Notes: generated by a model not told the origin, from the sequence alone. Shown: positions 13,302 through 27,019, counted from the first letter of the whole stretch. The stretch: DNA of 61,691 nucleotides, filler included, from Perkinsus chesapeaki ATCC PRA-425 (GCA_013115145.1; 9 parts of 9 records of this genome joined end to end with filler, not necessarily neighbours in it); one strand, 5' to 3'. A program made the numbers and translations.

Positions 13302-16300
13302 GTCATCCAGTGATATGTCAATTGTGACTGCGGATAGCAGGAGAGAGCCGATTTCGCCTCTGAACCTTGAACATTGTTCCCGTCTTGTAGATCCGTCGAA
13401 CAGAATGTTTCATGAAGATCGTCGCTTCTTAGTGACGGTAGCTGCTATGACTTGTGCGAGTGTTCCTCATGGATGCAATGACCCTCAATGAGGCTGCGTT
13501 GCTAGACACTATCAGAGACACTATCGGGGGGTATCTCCCGATATGCACCCGCGTGCTCATAGCTAACGTCGATCCGGCTCAGATCCATCCCGCGCAGGAC
13601 GACCAATGTCGATCACCCCCCTACATGCCCCTCCCTCAAGATCGTGATCGCTTGTGGACTTGGGCCTATAGTGCTAGACCGGACCGAAAACTCTTCCTCA
13701 TATGGGAATTAGAAAGCATGGGTGAAAGAGTCGAGGCTTGAGCGACGGGTCCTAGCATTTATTCCCAGCCTAGAAATATCGGGCTGGGGGACTGCTGGCT
13801 AGTAGCCAGTGGATACTATCAGAGAGCACTTCATCAGTTGACGGCCTCCTAACAGTTACAAGTTGACTGTCGATAGCGTGAAACTATTGCTATCATACGA
13901 ACACCACGTCAGCGTGTTCCGTAGAGCACTGGCGCGCGAAATTGAGATTTCGGGAGTGCCACGACGAATATCTTAAATATGTGATGCTTGTTTTGTATTG
14001 TCTTTTGATTGAAGGCATGAACATAACACCAATAACTGCAGAAAAAAGTGACGATTGGCGACTCGCCAATGGCGAGATAGAAAAGGGCAATGAGTATCTT
14101 AACGAGTGCATCTGCACTGCAATGAGCATATCTATTGAACTACTCGTAGATAAGAAACTAGCCGAACTACTCGAAGTAGTTGCGAAGCATCGTCAACAGA
14201 ACTGTGGACTATAGTCAATAGTACAGTTACTCATTGGGATAAACGCATATTCGGTTTAGGCGATCATTGAACTTACAGGTCATACCCGAAGGACAAAATG
14301 ATATCTAAAAAGAGGAAATATTTCGGGCCGGGTCATACCCTCAAAGGGTCTCAAAGGGGATTTCTCCCCTTTGGGAAGAAATCTGAGGGTCACCCTCAAG
14401 TTGGAACTTCCGACTTAGAAGTCAGAAGTCCACCCTTCAGGCTTACCCAGCATTGTAGCATACACGTTCCTCGGTCACAGTATGGCTTGGCAGAGCTCCC
14501 TCTAGCCCAGGGGCAGTCCGCATCCACTTTGCACTCAGGGCTACAAACACATCTCTTCCATTTCCTAGTACGAAAGTAGGAAGTCTAAGAAAGACGGTGC
14601 AGCTTCAACCGAACGCTTGCAGTTTACTCACCCAGCAATTTAGAGCTAAACCATTGGGGCAGGTGCAATTAGTACCTCGGAGGGGCTCGAGATACAAACA
14701 CTTCCTCTCGGGCTTGACATAGTTTTCCGTGTCTGATAATGATAGTGCGGGCTCCAGAGTTTGTGTTATATACAGGAAAGCGAAGTCCACGTCGTGGACT
14801 CCACGAGCATGCACTTACCCGCTTGGAGGGCTCTTGACGTAGAATCTAGCGGGTTGCTGCCAGAGAGCGAGATTATGGCTCTAAAAAAGTCAAGTTACAA
14901 ATCATTCACAACCACAACGCTCTTACTCAGTCATGGGGCCGTCATCGCGGCATGGAGCAATAGGGGTGATCCAACCCAGCAGGATACACAGAACTAGGCG
15001 TGAAACTGTGTACGAGGTCATTCTCACTAATCAAGTGGGATAGAGTCGATCTTGCCGCAAGTTTCTTGCGTGTCACCAACGTTCTTTCTAGTAATGGCGT
15101 CTCTGTGACGCAATTCATGGTGATATGCTAAATGCAATGGAGTTGCACCCGTGCGGTGCAGAGCACCGGTGCAGTGCACATTGGAGATGCAGCCACATTG
15201 CGTGCACTACAGCAATCATGCAGTGGAAAGCGCGAACTGCGCGAGGTGCGGTACTTATACTGCGCTCCGCGCATTTGCACGAGTGCAAATCGCTCTTGCG
15301 CGCACTGCGCGAAATGCGGAGTGCGTTACTCGTTCTTCGGAATACAACGGCATCGTAACGGTGCTCCTGACGCTCCAAGTATCAGCCAGGCTTGTACTAT
15401 GATGTCCAAGCAGGTCAGTAGCTGAGCCTCAGTGAATAGTTCCAGCACGCAGGAGTTTAAGCGTCGTTAGTGGCCGAGCAACGCGTACAAGATGCGAGGG
15501 TATTACGGTTCCATACTTCCACACCTACTGTGATAGGTGAATTTAAAAGTAGAAAAATAAGGTTACGCTTAACGAGGGAAAGATAGTGAAGTCGCGGTTC
15601 CGCGAATATTTCATGAGGTTCGCAAAATACACGGAGGCAAAGTTTGGAAGCTGTACACTAAGGCCCGTATTCCCTTACACAGGTAGCTCAGCTGCCGTAG
15701 CTCAAGTCTGATTTTCCACAGAAAAAAAAGCGGACCCACTCGAAACAGGGCAGTGGGTAATTCAGCCAGACTAACAACTAGGTTCGAACGCGTTACTTCC
15801 GAGTCTTAGATTAGTTATCTTACCACGCAATTCAACTGAGCCACAATATGAGCAGCTCGAAGCCTTCCCATCTACCTTGAGGATGTCGACGCAACTTGTC
15901 CTTGAAGACTTGAAGCTTTGTGGCCATCAGCAAACTGCCTAGTTCCTGTTCTTGGCAAGAACAAGGAGTAGGACTTCTTGTAGCGAATATCAGATCTGTG
16001 ACGAATCATCAGTAGTGATGGGTTATGGGTGATTTAGGGAAGCCTGTAGCCTCTACATTCGATGTGGCCATTGCGCCCACTTGAGACCACCCCAAAAGGT
16101 CTTGAAGCCATAATACTGGTCCCTCTTAAAATGCTTCGAGTTCGAGTCGTATGTGTCGCACATGATGTCTGTCATGTGTCAAGGGATGTCCTCTCCGTGA
16201 AAGGATGCCGCGTCTTTTTGCCGGTCATTGTAGAAGGATAGCTTCTATGACTCGTTATTCTGTGACTTGCAAATATGGAATGTGTATACCGCTGCTGTTT

Positions 16301-16444
16301 TACGTCGCGTGTGTGCATCTCCAGTGTACTACTAGATAACTCAACAACTCCGCTAATCTCAACATCTATTTAATGTTACAGGCTTCATTTGAATGTTATC
16401 GAGTACGCGACTGATCCATGTTATTAAACTGTGCCACGTATGGC

Positions 16445-19400
16445 TTAGGAGCTTTTCAACAAGTCAGCTCGAGTAAGATAACCTTTTCGACCTCTATCAA
16501 GTCTAAAGAATATATCGGTAAGTGTTTCAGAGCAAAGGCCAAGCTGGCCGGAGAACATCTGCAGCTCATGTAGACAAACTTTCCCAGTTGTGTTGAAGTC
16601 GAGTCGCCGAAAACCGGCCTCGATCGTTCCAAAAGCGAGGACTAGTTTGTCGAGAAATTTCTGGCGCAGGCAATCTGAGCTCGTCGAGCGATTCTTGATA
16701 GACTTCGCACTACTAGCTCGAACACGTATAACATCGTCCGGTGGGGAGAGGTTCTGCTCATCTGAGGCAAGAAGCCGCTCAAGCTGCTCGGATCGAGCTT
16801 CTTCGTATGCCAGCCGCCTGAAAAACAATTGTAAACGGAAAAAATATCACCAGTAAGTGAAGAACTGTTATAGAAGAATACTGAAGTACAAAACATAAAT
16901 CGATTAACCGTTTCCTGCACAGTGCAAACCAACTTACTGAATCATTGCCTGCATTGCTTGCTCCATTCTCGTCATTTTCCCGTCCATTTCCTCATTCGCG
17001 TTTTTCAAGCTCTCCAGCCCACCGAACCCGGAATCAATCGCCCGCCAAATCGCCCCGCCTTCGTCCAGGTCGTCACTGCTCTCGAAGATTCTCACATCCA
17101 CCAAACCCTTAACGGACAGTTTTTCAAGATATCTCCCGACTAAAGCAAGAAGCCTGCGTATTCGCCGCACCTGCGCGACATCGTTTTGACTTTGCTCATA
17201 GAGGAATTCAACTTCGCTCATCAAAATCCTCAAATTCTGCGGCAGCAATTCCTGCGTCCACCGAACTCTCTCTCGACCCAACTCAGCTCGGACTTTCTTC
17301 AGCTCGCTTTCGGTGACTGACCGTAGTGCTAGAATCTTGGACTCGTTCTCGCACTTCTGTCTTTTGCAAAACTGCAGCTCGGCTTCTAGGTCTTTTTTGC
17401 TCTCCAGCAGTTCGTTGTAATCAGCATCGAGATTCTTGTATTCCGCCATCGATTCGGCAAGTCTGCCCTCAAATTTACGCGTCAGATCGCGCTCTTTCCT
17501 CAAAAAGGCTTGTTTTAGATCCTGCGAAAGTGTAATAGGATATATCTTATAAAAACGAGTAAATACAGATGGTATATTATAAGATATGAATGTGTATATT
17601 ACTCAATTAGAATCTGAAGTTTACATTCTATAACTAGATCATAAACATAGACTACAAAAGTCAACATATTTTTCGAAAGATTCGTATATGTCGACTTTCG
17701 TAGTCTATATGTCTTATGTTTCGTAACGAAGCAAGAGTTCTATAGAGTTTGGATTTCTCAATTCATCATAAAATTTCAACTTCACGTGAGAGAAAGATGA
17801 TGAAGTAGGTCCGCATCTTCCTGTCACCAACTTCCATCACGGACTTCATGAGACTCGATAAAATCTCCTCGATGTTATTTTCGTGAAAACGTATTAACAC
17901 TATAATACTGACCCGTGCGTGTCGGCTCCACTGAGCCTCGAGCTCTCCGGTTCGGCCATGTGCACGAGTTCGAGCTTCTTCCAACTTCTCATTCAACATT
18001 TCCATGCTGGAAGGAAGTCTCCGTCATTGAAATCTTTTTCTCACTTACTCTTTCTCGAGTCGCCTTACAACAGCTTCCATGTCGTTCGCTGCTTTCTGAC
18101 TATGTGCAATAGCCGTCTCATGCCTGCAGAGAGAATCCATGCTTGAAGCGTGCAAGATGCGAAATATGTGGGCTACTCTTTCTGTTTTCGCCTCAGCATT
18201 TCTTCATGTTCCATGGCTCTCCGAGCGATTTCCTCTTGATGCCTGCTCACTATGAATATCAACATTCCTCACTCCAGCCAGCTCACTCGCGCTCTTTCAT
18301 CTCCAGCATCCTGGCGTGCTCCAATTCCTGCTGATTGAGCCCATTTTCGTGCCTGATAACTCCGTCATACTTCAGATTCTTCCGAAAATCCATCTCACCT
18401 CTCCTCCCATTCTCCCTTCATAGTCGCTAACTCTCCTCTATGTGTCTCCCGTAAACTATTGACATATTCCGCATGCCTGACGAAGCACGACCGTATGACC
18501 TCCCACAGTCGAGCGCATGCTACTGTCGATCCTTCGTCTCTAATAGTTCCTGATGGCCTCTGAGCCTGTCCTTCAGCTCCCGTATGTGCCTGATTGTTCC
18601 GAAATTTCAATCTTCACATTTTTCTCTCTCCTACTTTTCATGTTCTCTCGCGGCTTTCTCATGATTCTCAGTGTGATCTTCCAGTGCCGAACGATGTCTG
18701 AATGAAGTCCCACGTTGGCCTTGTGAATGAAAATCTCTTACGCATCCTGCCACTCCCGGCTGGCTTGCTCCAGCTGTTGCCGATGAGTCTCTCGAAGACT
18801 CCGCAATACCTCTTCATGCCTATAAATTAAGCTAAGACTAGCCACGCGGGCACCCGGCCTACTGAGTCTTCTTTTTCCTCAAAGCAGTTTCGTGTTTCCT
18901 TTGCCACTCCTCTAGTTTCCTCTGGTAACTGAAATCCAACAAATGTTCCCAATTTTTTCCCAGATTTCCCGAAATTTTCCAAATTTTCCAAATTTTTCCG
19001 AATTTTCCCAATTTTTTCCAGATTTTCCGAAGTTTTCCAAATTTTCCAAAATTTTCCCAATTTTTCCCAAAATTTCCCCAATTTTTTCCAGTTTTTTTTA
19101 TTATCTTCGGCTAACAGTCACTCACTTTTCCTGAATCTCTCTCAGAGACCCTTCCCGTTCCGCAGCATGTGACGCCGAGAGATTTCGCAAGGTGGACTCA
19201 TGCCTGAAAATGAAGATTCGAAATATCTGACTTCCGGCCGATTACTCCTCCTCTCTTCGCAGTATCTCCGCCTCCAACAGAGCCTTGTGCGATGCCGTAA
19301 TTCGGTCCAACCTAGTCGACCGTTCCATCACCGGCCAGCACGCGACTCACTCTTCATCCTTTTCCGTTCTATGCCGATTGTGTGCATCACGCAACTTGTC

Positions 19401-22400
19401 CATTTCCGAGCGGTGACTAGGAAATGACGTTCCACACGGCACCAGTCCAATGCCTACCTTGACGCGATCTCGTCGATTTCTCTAACCTTCTCGTTCAGAC
19501 GCGAACGTGACTCGGACAGCTGGCAATAGGGAATTTCTCGCGCGCCAGGAAACCAAGGAAACTGACTTCTCGTGCCAGATCTCCTCGCTCCCTCTCGTGC
19601 TTCTCGCTCATCATCTTAATTGTCATCGTCAACTCGTTGCATTTGTTCGACCACTCCGCCGCCCCCTATGAAATGTTCCAACCAGGGATCGAACCCAGGG
19701 TCTACTTCCTCCCGTAGCAGCTGTGCTTTCTGTCTCTCCGATTCCAGTCGAGCTTTGTAGTCATTTTCCAAAGCGCCCTAAGTCAGGAACTCTGTTAGTC
19801 TTTCCCAGTTGGGCTTTGAAACTCTCAATTCCTCATAGAGCGAGGGTGAACCAGAATTTCATGCAAAAATATCACATTTTTTTGTGGAATTTCCGGAAAA
19901 TTTCTTTCCTCGCCAACAGATCAGGGAGACCCCTTTCACCACTGACATTGAGACCTGTCATTTACGAGTGATCATCCGAGTTTTCTCCTTCCCATCCGCT
20001 TCGTTGGTATAACTAAACCATTTCTATGACAGTGCCGCGATTCTGTTGCTTCGGTATACGCGGTATTGGAGATGGAGAGTCACCACTCATCCTTCCATCA
20101 CAGTGTCCAATGGAGACGGTGATGAGACGTGTATAAGTTGGTATCCTTGATTGTGTGCACGCTGTCTACTTTCTTGGCCAACAATTACTATTTTAAATAC
20201 CACTACTTTACCAGAACCACCCAAAGTGGTTCTTGTTGAGTTGGTTAACCTGTAGCGAGCTCCAGAGGAGTGCCGAATTCTCCCAGAGCTTCTGGGCCAG
20301 TAGGAAATTATTTGCTGTCAAAAATCCTTCTAGGTTAGCTATCCATAAGCTTGAACTTAATTTAATCTAGACGCTTACAAAATCTCCGGCGGACTTACCA
20401 GCTCTTCCAGTTGAAGCTCGAGATTCTTAATTTTCCTAGCAAGCGCATCAGGATCACCGTGCCGACTCTGAAAGGGAGAATGTCACCACCTGCCAGGTCT
20501 CGTATGGGCTAATTTTTCATTAGCGTTTCTGATAAATCTGTAAACCGGATCATGCCCTTAAGTTCAAGACGTGAAATAACATCATCGTTCGATCGCGAGT
20601 CATCTACCGCCTTCTCAAGCCCCCTAAAAGTAAGTTGACATGCCCGCTATGACGACTTAGTCGTCACGACTAGGATAGACTACGGTCAAAGGGGCCGCAA
20701 CAGGAACTACGGGAAGCCTAACAAGCTTCATGGTGTAAACGTAAGCGGCTCGAACAGCTCGACCAGCTACTCATATTTATTTTACGATCAACTCGGTCGT
20801 CGTATCATTAATGGAATTATTCAAAGGTACTAGTTTACCATTCTTTCTAGCTCATCTTCGAGCTCTCTAGTGTGTTTCTCGAGTTCACGTATCTTCCGTT
20901 TCATGTCAGCTGGATCACCGTATTGTGTCTGAGATGACCACAGACAACTGCCTTCCACCACACGATACAAGCCGCTCGAGTTCAGCACAGTCAAAAAGAT
21001 TTATTTGCGCTTCTCCCATAGCTCGAAATTTCATGTCAAGCTGGGATTGGGTTCCAGCAATCTTACCGCTTCTGCTAGTCTCCCCTCGAGATCGCGTATT
21101 TTCCGCCAAAGCTCGGCTGGATCACCGCTGTCGTTCTGAAACAGTACAGCTATCTGCGCCGCCGCATGGGACAAATCCAGCTTCTTTAAAGAGTGATAAT
21201 TGTGTTCTGTTGTCCCTTATTCAAGTTGTGTCATGTCCCATGGCCACCAAAGTACAGGAACAATTCACAGGTGTGCCCAGGAGAATATATGTTCCTCCCG
21301 AAACTGTTGCATGGCTATAACTGCTTAAGTTAGCAATCGAATGCCTATTGCCGGGATTGGGCTAGCCAGTCGGCCGGGCAGTGCCCTACTGGTTAATGTG
21401 CACGTGACGGCATTTCAAAAACAGCATTGGTTTAATCAGTTTGGGCAACCAGCACAGGATAGAATCACAGTGCAGTAAAAAATTACACTGCTGATCTCAA
21501 AGAGAGCTTACCTTCCGCGAGAGCTCATCTTCGAGCTGCTTTATTCGCCTGCTCATCATCTCAGGATCGCCGTATTGTCTCTACAGAGAACAATTCCAAT
21601 ATAATATTTAATCCATATTATTATATTATTCCGAATAATACACTTTATCAGGCTCATGTCAATAACGTTGAAATTACGGCGACTACAAAGCGGGATTATT
21701 ACTGCTCCCTAACAGTAAACAATTTTATATAAATTTTGAAAAGCATATTCATTATAGTTTTAATAAAGTAATTTACAATTTAACACAACTGCTACAATAC
21801 CACCCAATTACCATTCAATCTCTATCTTATGCTCACAGTCTCCATATAAGGAAAATTGACGACAACGAAAGTTTTTACGCAACCGAATGTGAAGTATATT
21901 GTCGAAGTGTAGGGTTGAACGCGGAAATTCTGACGTTTTCGGAATGGAGGTACTTTTTGCGATACAGTGTTTAATATTTTGAAATGCGAGATAAATTATT
22001 TTGTTCCCCTGATCTGATAATTCTCACCAGACGAGAGATATCGTCCTGGAGCTCCTTGTTCTGTCTACTAAGTGATTTCGGATCGCCATACTGCCTCTGG
22101 AATGACAGCAAACAAGACCAGTTGATGAGTCTGTGGTTGATTCGATGTGTGCGACCTACCAAACTAGCCAGCTCCTTTTCCAGCTCCTCAATACGGCGTC
22201 GCGAGGATTCTAGTTCGATCTGATCAAGGGCCGAGACCGGTTATTCTACCAGCTTCTGGCGCAGAAGAAGTATTCGCATCGGACGTTGGAATTGGCGACT
22301 TGGACTCCATGATCAGAGCCATTTGCGTATAACGTCGATACTCCTTGTGAGAAATTCCTCTTATTAATTGTACTTAAGGTTATTGCTTTATTGGTAAAAC

Positions 22401-23454
22401 AATTTTTCACTGTGGATCCTGCGAAACAGTCTCGCTTGTCAAAGTGGAAGATTGGTCACAAATGCACAAAAAAATCCTCACAAACTTGGACGAATGCAGT
22501 TTGATCAGATGAATCATAATCACAAGTCTTTCCTAGACGGACCAAGTCCGTCCGATTATCTGCTGGAAAACCTACCTGCATTTTGGCGCTCCCCGATTTC
22601 GGCTCTTCCACGCGCTTCTGATGGTGATGATGGTGGGACTGTTGCTGCTGAGTGCCGCTAGTTTCGTGCATCCGCGAGTACATGTCGAAGCGGTGGACCC
22701 AAAATCTGAAATCGTGTCGTATCGATTTGCAGGTCTTGGCATTCGTCTCGTCCAATCATGAAATGAACAACCGAAATTTCTGCGGAATTCTCTTCCACTT
22801 ATTCACATTTTTAGGGCAGGAAATTTTTCGAGTTCGTTCCGTAATTGTGGACAGATTGCAGCCTTCGCTTTCCGGACCAATTCGCATTTTTGCCATGTCG
22901 CGTTGTAGCGGTTACCTGTTAAATTCAGATTTGAATTCGACAAATGCAATGTGACCGCCGTGATTCCGGTCTAGAAGATTTTCCACTTCATCGATGAAGC
23001 TACTCGGTAATGCTTCTTTGACGCTGTCTTTCTTTCGGATGTTGTCGAGTAACTGCAAGCATGAATAACCGAATTACCGGAAATTCCGACTTGGAATGAA
23101 CGACTTTAAGTTTTTGTGACTATGAAAACGATATTATTTAATTTGATAAATAATATTTACTTTATCAATAATAGAAACTGATACTACTTTATTAAATTAC
23201 CTATATTTCCAGAATTTTCCCAGATTTTCCGGAAATTTTTGTGTTTTTTCCGACCAATAAGCGTCATTCTCCGTTCGGTCTTTACGAGCTTTCCGCCTAT
23301 AAAATGAAATATCCATAATTTCGTAATCAGTTCTTCTCCCGCTGACTTTGCTACCCTCGGCGGCGCCACCACCCCGGCGACACTTTCCGCGCCACAGTTG
23401 AATATGCAATGCGGAACGAAAGCCCGAAAGAAGCGTCATTGTTGTCCCTGGCAA
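16445..23454 (-). CDS. Large multi-exon coiled-coil protein with C-terminal EF-hand pair; 5' end uncertain
   Basis: Many E/K/R/L-rich exons; last exon GTIEAGFRRLDFNTTGKVCLHELQ...FFRLDRGRKGYLTRADLL; repeated YGDP exons. Confidence 0.75.
18951..19100. repeat. Phased T-tract array (about 10-nt period, TTTTCCAAA-like) in an intron
   Basis: aattttttcc cagatttccc gaaattttcc aaattttcca aatttttccg... Confidence 0.85.
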
Positions 23455-25197
23455 TCCGGAGCTACCAAAATGAGTTCCGAATTGAAGGTCACTTCCTAGA
23501 ATTAAAACTAAACCAATTGTTTAACGACTGAACTTCATGTGTTTTGAAGTTATAAGGCATAGTAGCCGAACCTATTTTTAACCCGAATATCTTAGCTTGG
23601 TTCAAGCCTTAGTTGTCTATAGGTTTTCATCCATGATAGTACCGATTATCCACTTCGCGACAAATTATAACAATTATAAATCATTATAAGGATTATAAAG
23701 AGATATCACTTTATAAATCATTTACTACCGCAAAGTACAGCTATATAAATAACTTAATAAGATTTAGTTTTCGATCGGGGAACTATCATTCTCCATTCTG
23801 TATCTATTGTTCATTATTGCAGCAGATGATACGTCTGCCGCTCCTCGTCTGCCTATCTATGGTTGGCATCATCACCCTTTGCTGTTCAGTAGGGGGGCTT
23901 TCGTTTTCGTTCGAGCTCGGTATCATTTGACTTCCCTGTTGCTCTTATTTAAAACTTTATTCTATCAGCGTTTAGCAAGGACGTGTATATTACGACTTGA
24001 ATTTCGTGGCGCGCAGTAATTGCCTTACATTTTCGAGTTCAATTCTGCTGATAACACCATTTTTGTCTTTGTCGTAGTACTTCCATAAAGCTGTGAGATC
24101 GGCTTCTTCCAGCGGTGCGACACCCGACATATCTTTAGGTCAACTTGCAGCCATCCGAAGATCACAAAGATTCCGATCAAATGTTACAACGAATAATGAT
24201 TTCTAGAATCGAGTAACAGGCGAAATAAGCGACACTGAACTGACTGGCAGCAGATGGGACAGAATCCTTACATACAAGAGAGAGGGTGAAATCCTCGATT
24301 TAAAGTCAGCGCTGTTTTGGCAGATATTGTTGCTGTTATACAAGAGAAGCGGCGGTAGTTCCACAACCCAGCCAACGTAGTCGTGAATTACTCATCCTAT
24401 ACACCTGCCGATTAAAGGAATCCGATTTGTGCAATAATCGATTAGAAGGGCGAGCGCGATAATTCTGCGCCGCAGCCGTCGTAAACTATCGTAACTATCC
24501 CAATAGAGGAGGATTATGCTGTATTAACCAACCAATTAACAGAAACAAATTATGTAGTGGAAACTCCTTACGAACCTTTACATACCGATATAGGCTTTGG
24601 TTCATCAACGGGACAGCGGACACAATAGTTCTATCAGCTCCTCTAATTCATACGGTTGTCTGACTTCTCACTCGTTATTGATGTTTAGAGAGCTCGGTTA
24701 GTACATAATATATCATCATGAGGAATATTGATACGCGTATATCTACAACGGTCGTTTCTGCGAGTACTGTATCGTTTAACTTTATTGACAAAGTGGAAAA
24801 AAATTCAAAGCTGATGTTGTAAATCCAGAACTCCTTTATAAGTTGATCGAGAAAAGCTTTTATTTAGTCGGGAAAAGGTGTTTTTCATAACTTTTTATTA
24901 ATTAATTTACCAGCTCTATATAATATTGGCTTAGGTTCTCGAACGTTTGTAGCTTAGTGTAGAATGGTCTGATTGGGCGTTTGTTGCTCAGAATAGGTAT
25001 CATAGCTTGAAGCTGGGAAGATAGGTCAATTGATGGTTCCTTGTCAGTTTGTTTATTTTTTATCACACAATAGTGGAGGCCACTGCTGCTGAAAGTTCTC
25101 AGAGCTCTGGAATGCAGAGGGAGGTTAGCTTTAGGAATACCTTTTTGCACTTCCATCTCAGCGCATCGAGCCTTAATAAGGTAATAATAGGGGGATG

Positions 25198-25334
25198 TGT
25201 TACTAGTCGTACGGAGGGGGAGATATAATAGAAAGGAGTTTGATAGGAAATATGTTACTAATGATACGGAGGAGGAGATATAATAGAAAGGAGTTTGATA
25301 GGAAATATGTTACTAGTGATACGGAGGAGGAGAT
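25198..25334. repeat. 55-bp tandem repeat, about 2.5 copies, truncated by the contig end
   Basis: tacta...acggagg(a/g)ggagatataatagaaaggagtttgataggaaatatgt starts at 25201, 25256 and 25311. Confidence 0.92.
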
Positions 25335-25434
25335 NNNNNNNNNNNNNNNNNNNNNNNNNNNNNNNNNNNNNNNNNNNNTTAATTAATTAANNNNNNNNNN
25401 NNNNNNNNNNNNNNNNNNNNNNNNNNNNNNNNNN
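25335..25434. other. Artificial contig linker
   Basis: 44N-TTAATTAATTAA-44N. Confidence 0.98.
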
Positions 25435-25436
25435 CT

Positions 25437-26568
25437 GAAACTGATAAGCAGAAGACCAATAGTGATCATCAGAAAGAACTAGAAGTAAAACCACCGAGAC
25501 CGCTCAAACCAACGACTTCTATTGATGTATTGAAGGTAGCTAAACGAGCTCGTCAGATATCTAACTTGGAGGGCGGAGCCTTCCAAGGAACTGGTGATCC
25601 TCGTGGGTTTATTGCTATGCGTCGTGAGGTCTTGTCTAAACCGGAGTTTGTGTATGCTACTACTAACGGAGAAGAAGGAGCCGCTATTGAGTACTTTTAT
25701 GTAATGAACAATATCAGCCCAGCCTTACAGCAACAGGTAGCTACTAAATGTACGGTGGATGAGTGCGATAGCTTTGAAGACCGTGTATCTACTATGTGGG
25801 ACTGCTTACGTATCAGTTCCGACTTGAATGACCAGCTCAGCCTCATTCGTAGATGGGAGACTTTACGATGCGCATCGGGTAACAACATTGAGGACTACAT
25901 ATCTCAGATTGAAGGTTTACGTGAACAACTACAAGAACTCCGTAAGATGCCACTAAGCGATGCTGAACTTAGATCCCGGCTATATACCGGCCTTCCTGAT
26001 AGTGGCCGACAGTTCCTCGACTCCTTACCGACTACTGCCGTGGACACTTATAAACATATGCTCTTCGAAGCTCGTAGATGGGCTCAGCTTCATGCACGCT
26101 ACTCTGCGGCCTCACCTACTACTAGCCCGAATAAAACCTTCCGGTCTCAACCACAGTCGACAAGGTCACCACCAACTACTCGAGGAGCAGCACGACGTCA
26201 AGGTAACGTGGCCGAGCTCTTCTATAGCGACATTGATAATACTTATAATCCGGATGCTAAATGTGTATTTGTTAGTGGTATTCCAAGAGAGTGGGACTTT
26301 CGACAAGTCAAAAGCCTTGTCCAAGATCTTCTTGGTGATGAGGTTTCGGCCTATGTGACGATGCTTCCTAGACGCGGTTGTGTATCCTTACGTTTTCAAG
26401 AGCATGCTGATGCACAGAAGTTTATTGAAACTTCGAATGGTGTTCGGTTTAGTGGACGTTTGCTTCGTAGTCGCTTTGATAAGTATGAACGGCCCTCCCC
26501 GTCATCAACTACTCCTGAAACGGGGGAGCCTGTGGTTCTTACTATGGAGACTACTTTCGCTACATCTC
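25437..26568 (+). mobile_element. Retrotransposon gag-like ORF with a C-terminal RRM; open across the whole contig
   Basis: No stop from 25437 to the contig end; LIRRWETLRCASGNNIEDYISQIEGLREQL...LSDAELRSRLYTGLP resembles the gag capsid C-terminal region; CVFVSGI and RGCVSLRF are RNP2/RNP1-like. Confidence 0.72.
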
Positions 26569-26668
26569 NNNNNNNNNNNNNNNNNNNNNNNNNNNNNNNN
26601 NNNNNNNNNNNNTTAATTAATTAANNNNNNNNNNNNNNNNNNNNNNNNNNNNNNNNNNNNNNNNNNNN
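26569..26668. other. Artificial contig linker
   Basis: 44N-TTAATTAATTAA-44N. Confidence 0.98.
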
Positions 26669-26741
26669 ATTACACTTAATCAGTTCCTACTGTTCCGAAC
26701 TTACACAGTTCAGATCAATACGATAGATTTCAGTTCCTTAG

Positions 26742-27019
26742 TGTGATGTTATTAGTGACTCCCGGGGGGTTAACGCGACTCATAGGTGCCATTTGGACTC
26801 AAAAGGGGAAAAACTAACTCATACGATCTCTTATATAAACTTGATCCACATCCATCATAGATAAGACGTCGTGAAAATGGGCCGTTCAGCCGCAGATAGC
26901 GAGATCGATAAGACGCATGCGTGCTTGGGCACGCGTGCCGCACAGAAATTGGCTCCACTCGACAGAACCAGTAGTAAAACCGGGAAACTTAAGGCAATCA
27001 TCCATCCTTTCAATCTACA
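26742..27019 (-). repeat. 3' LTR (278 bp)
   Basis: Direct repeat of 32599-32876 with 2 mismatches by eye; on the minus strand it is preceded by the PPT GGGGGGCA. Confidence 0.97.

Noticed and set aside
13454-14214. Short ORFs 13454-13741 and 13942-14214 as genes
   Set aside because: No recognisable motifs or supported splice structure; may be decayed exons.
15695-15706. CCGTAGCTCAAG, spliced-leader-like ends
   Set aside because: Better explained as part of the degenerate +14 scar at 15682-15703.
25198-25334. CRISPR-like array
   Set aside because: Head-to-tail 55-bp units without unique spacers, in a eukaryotic context.
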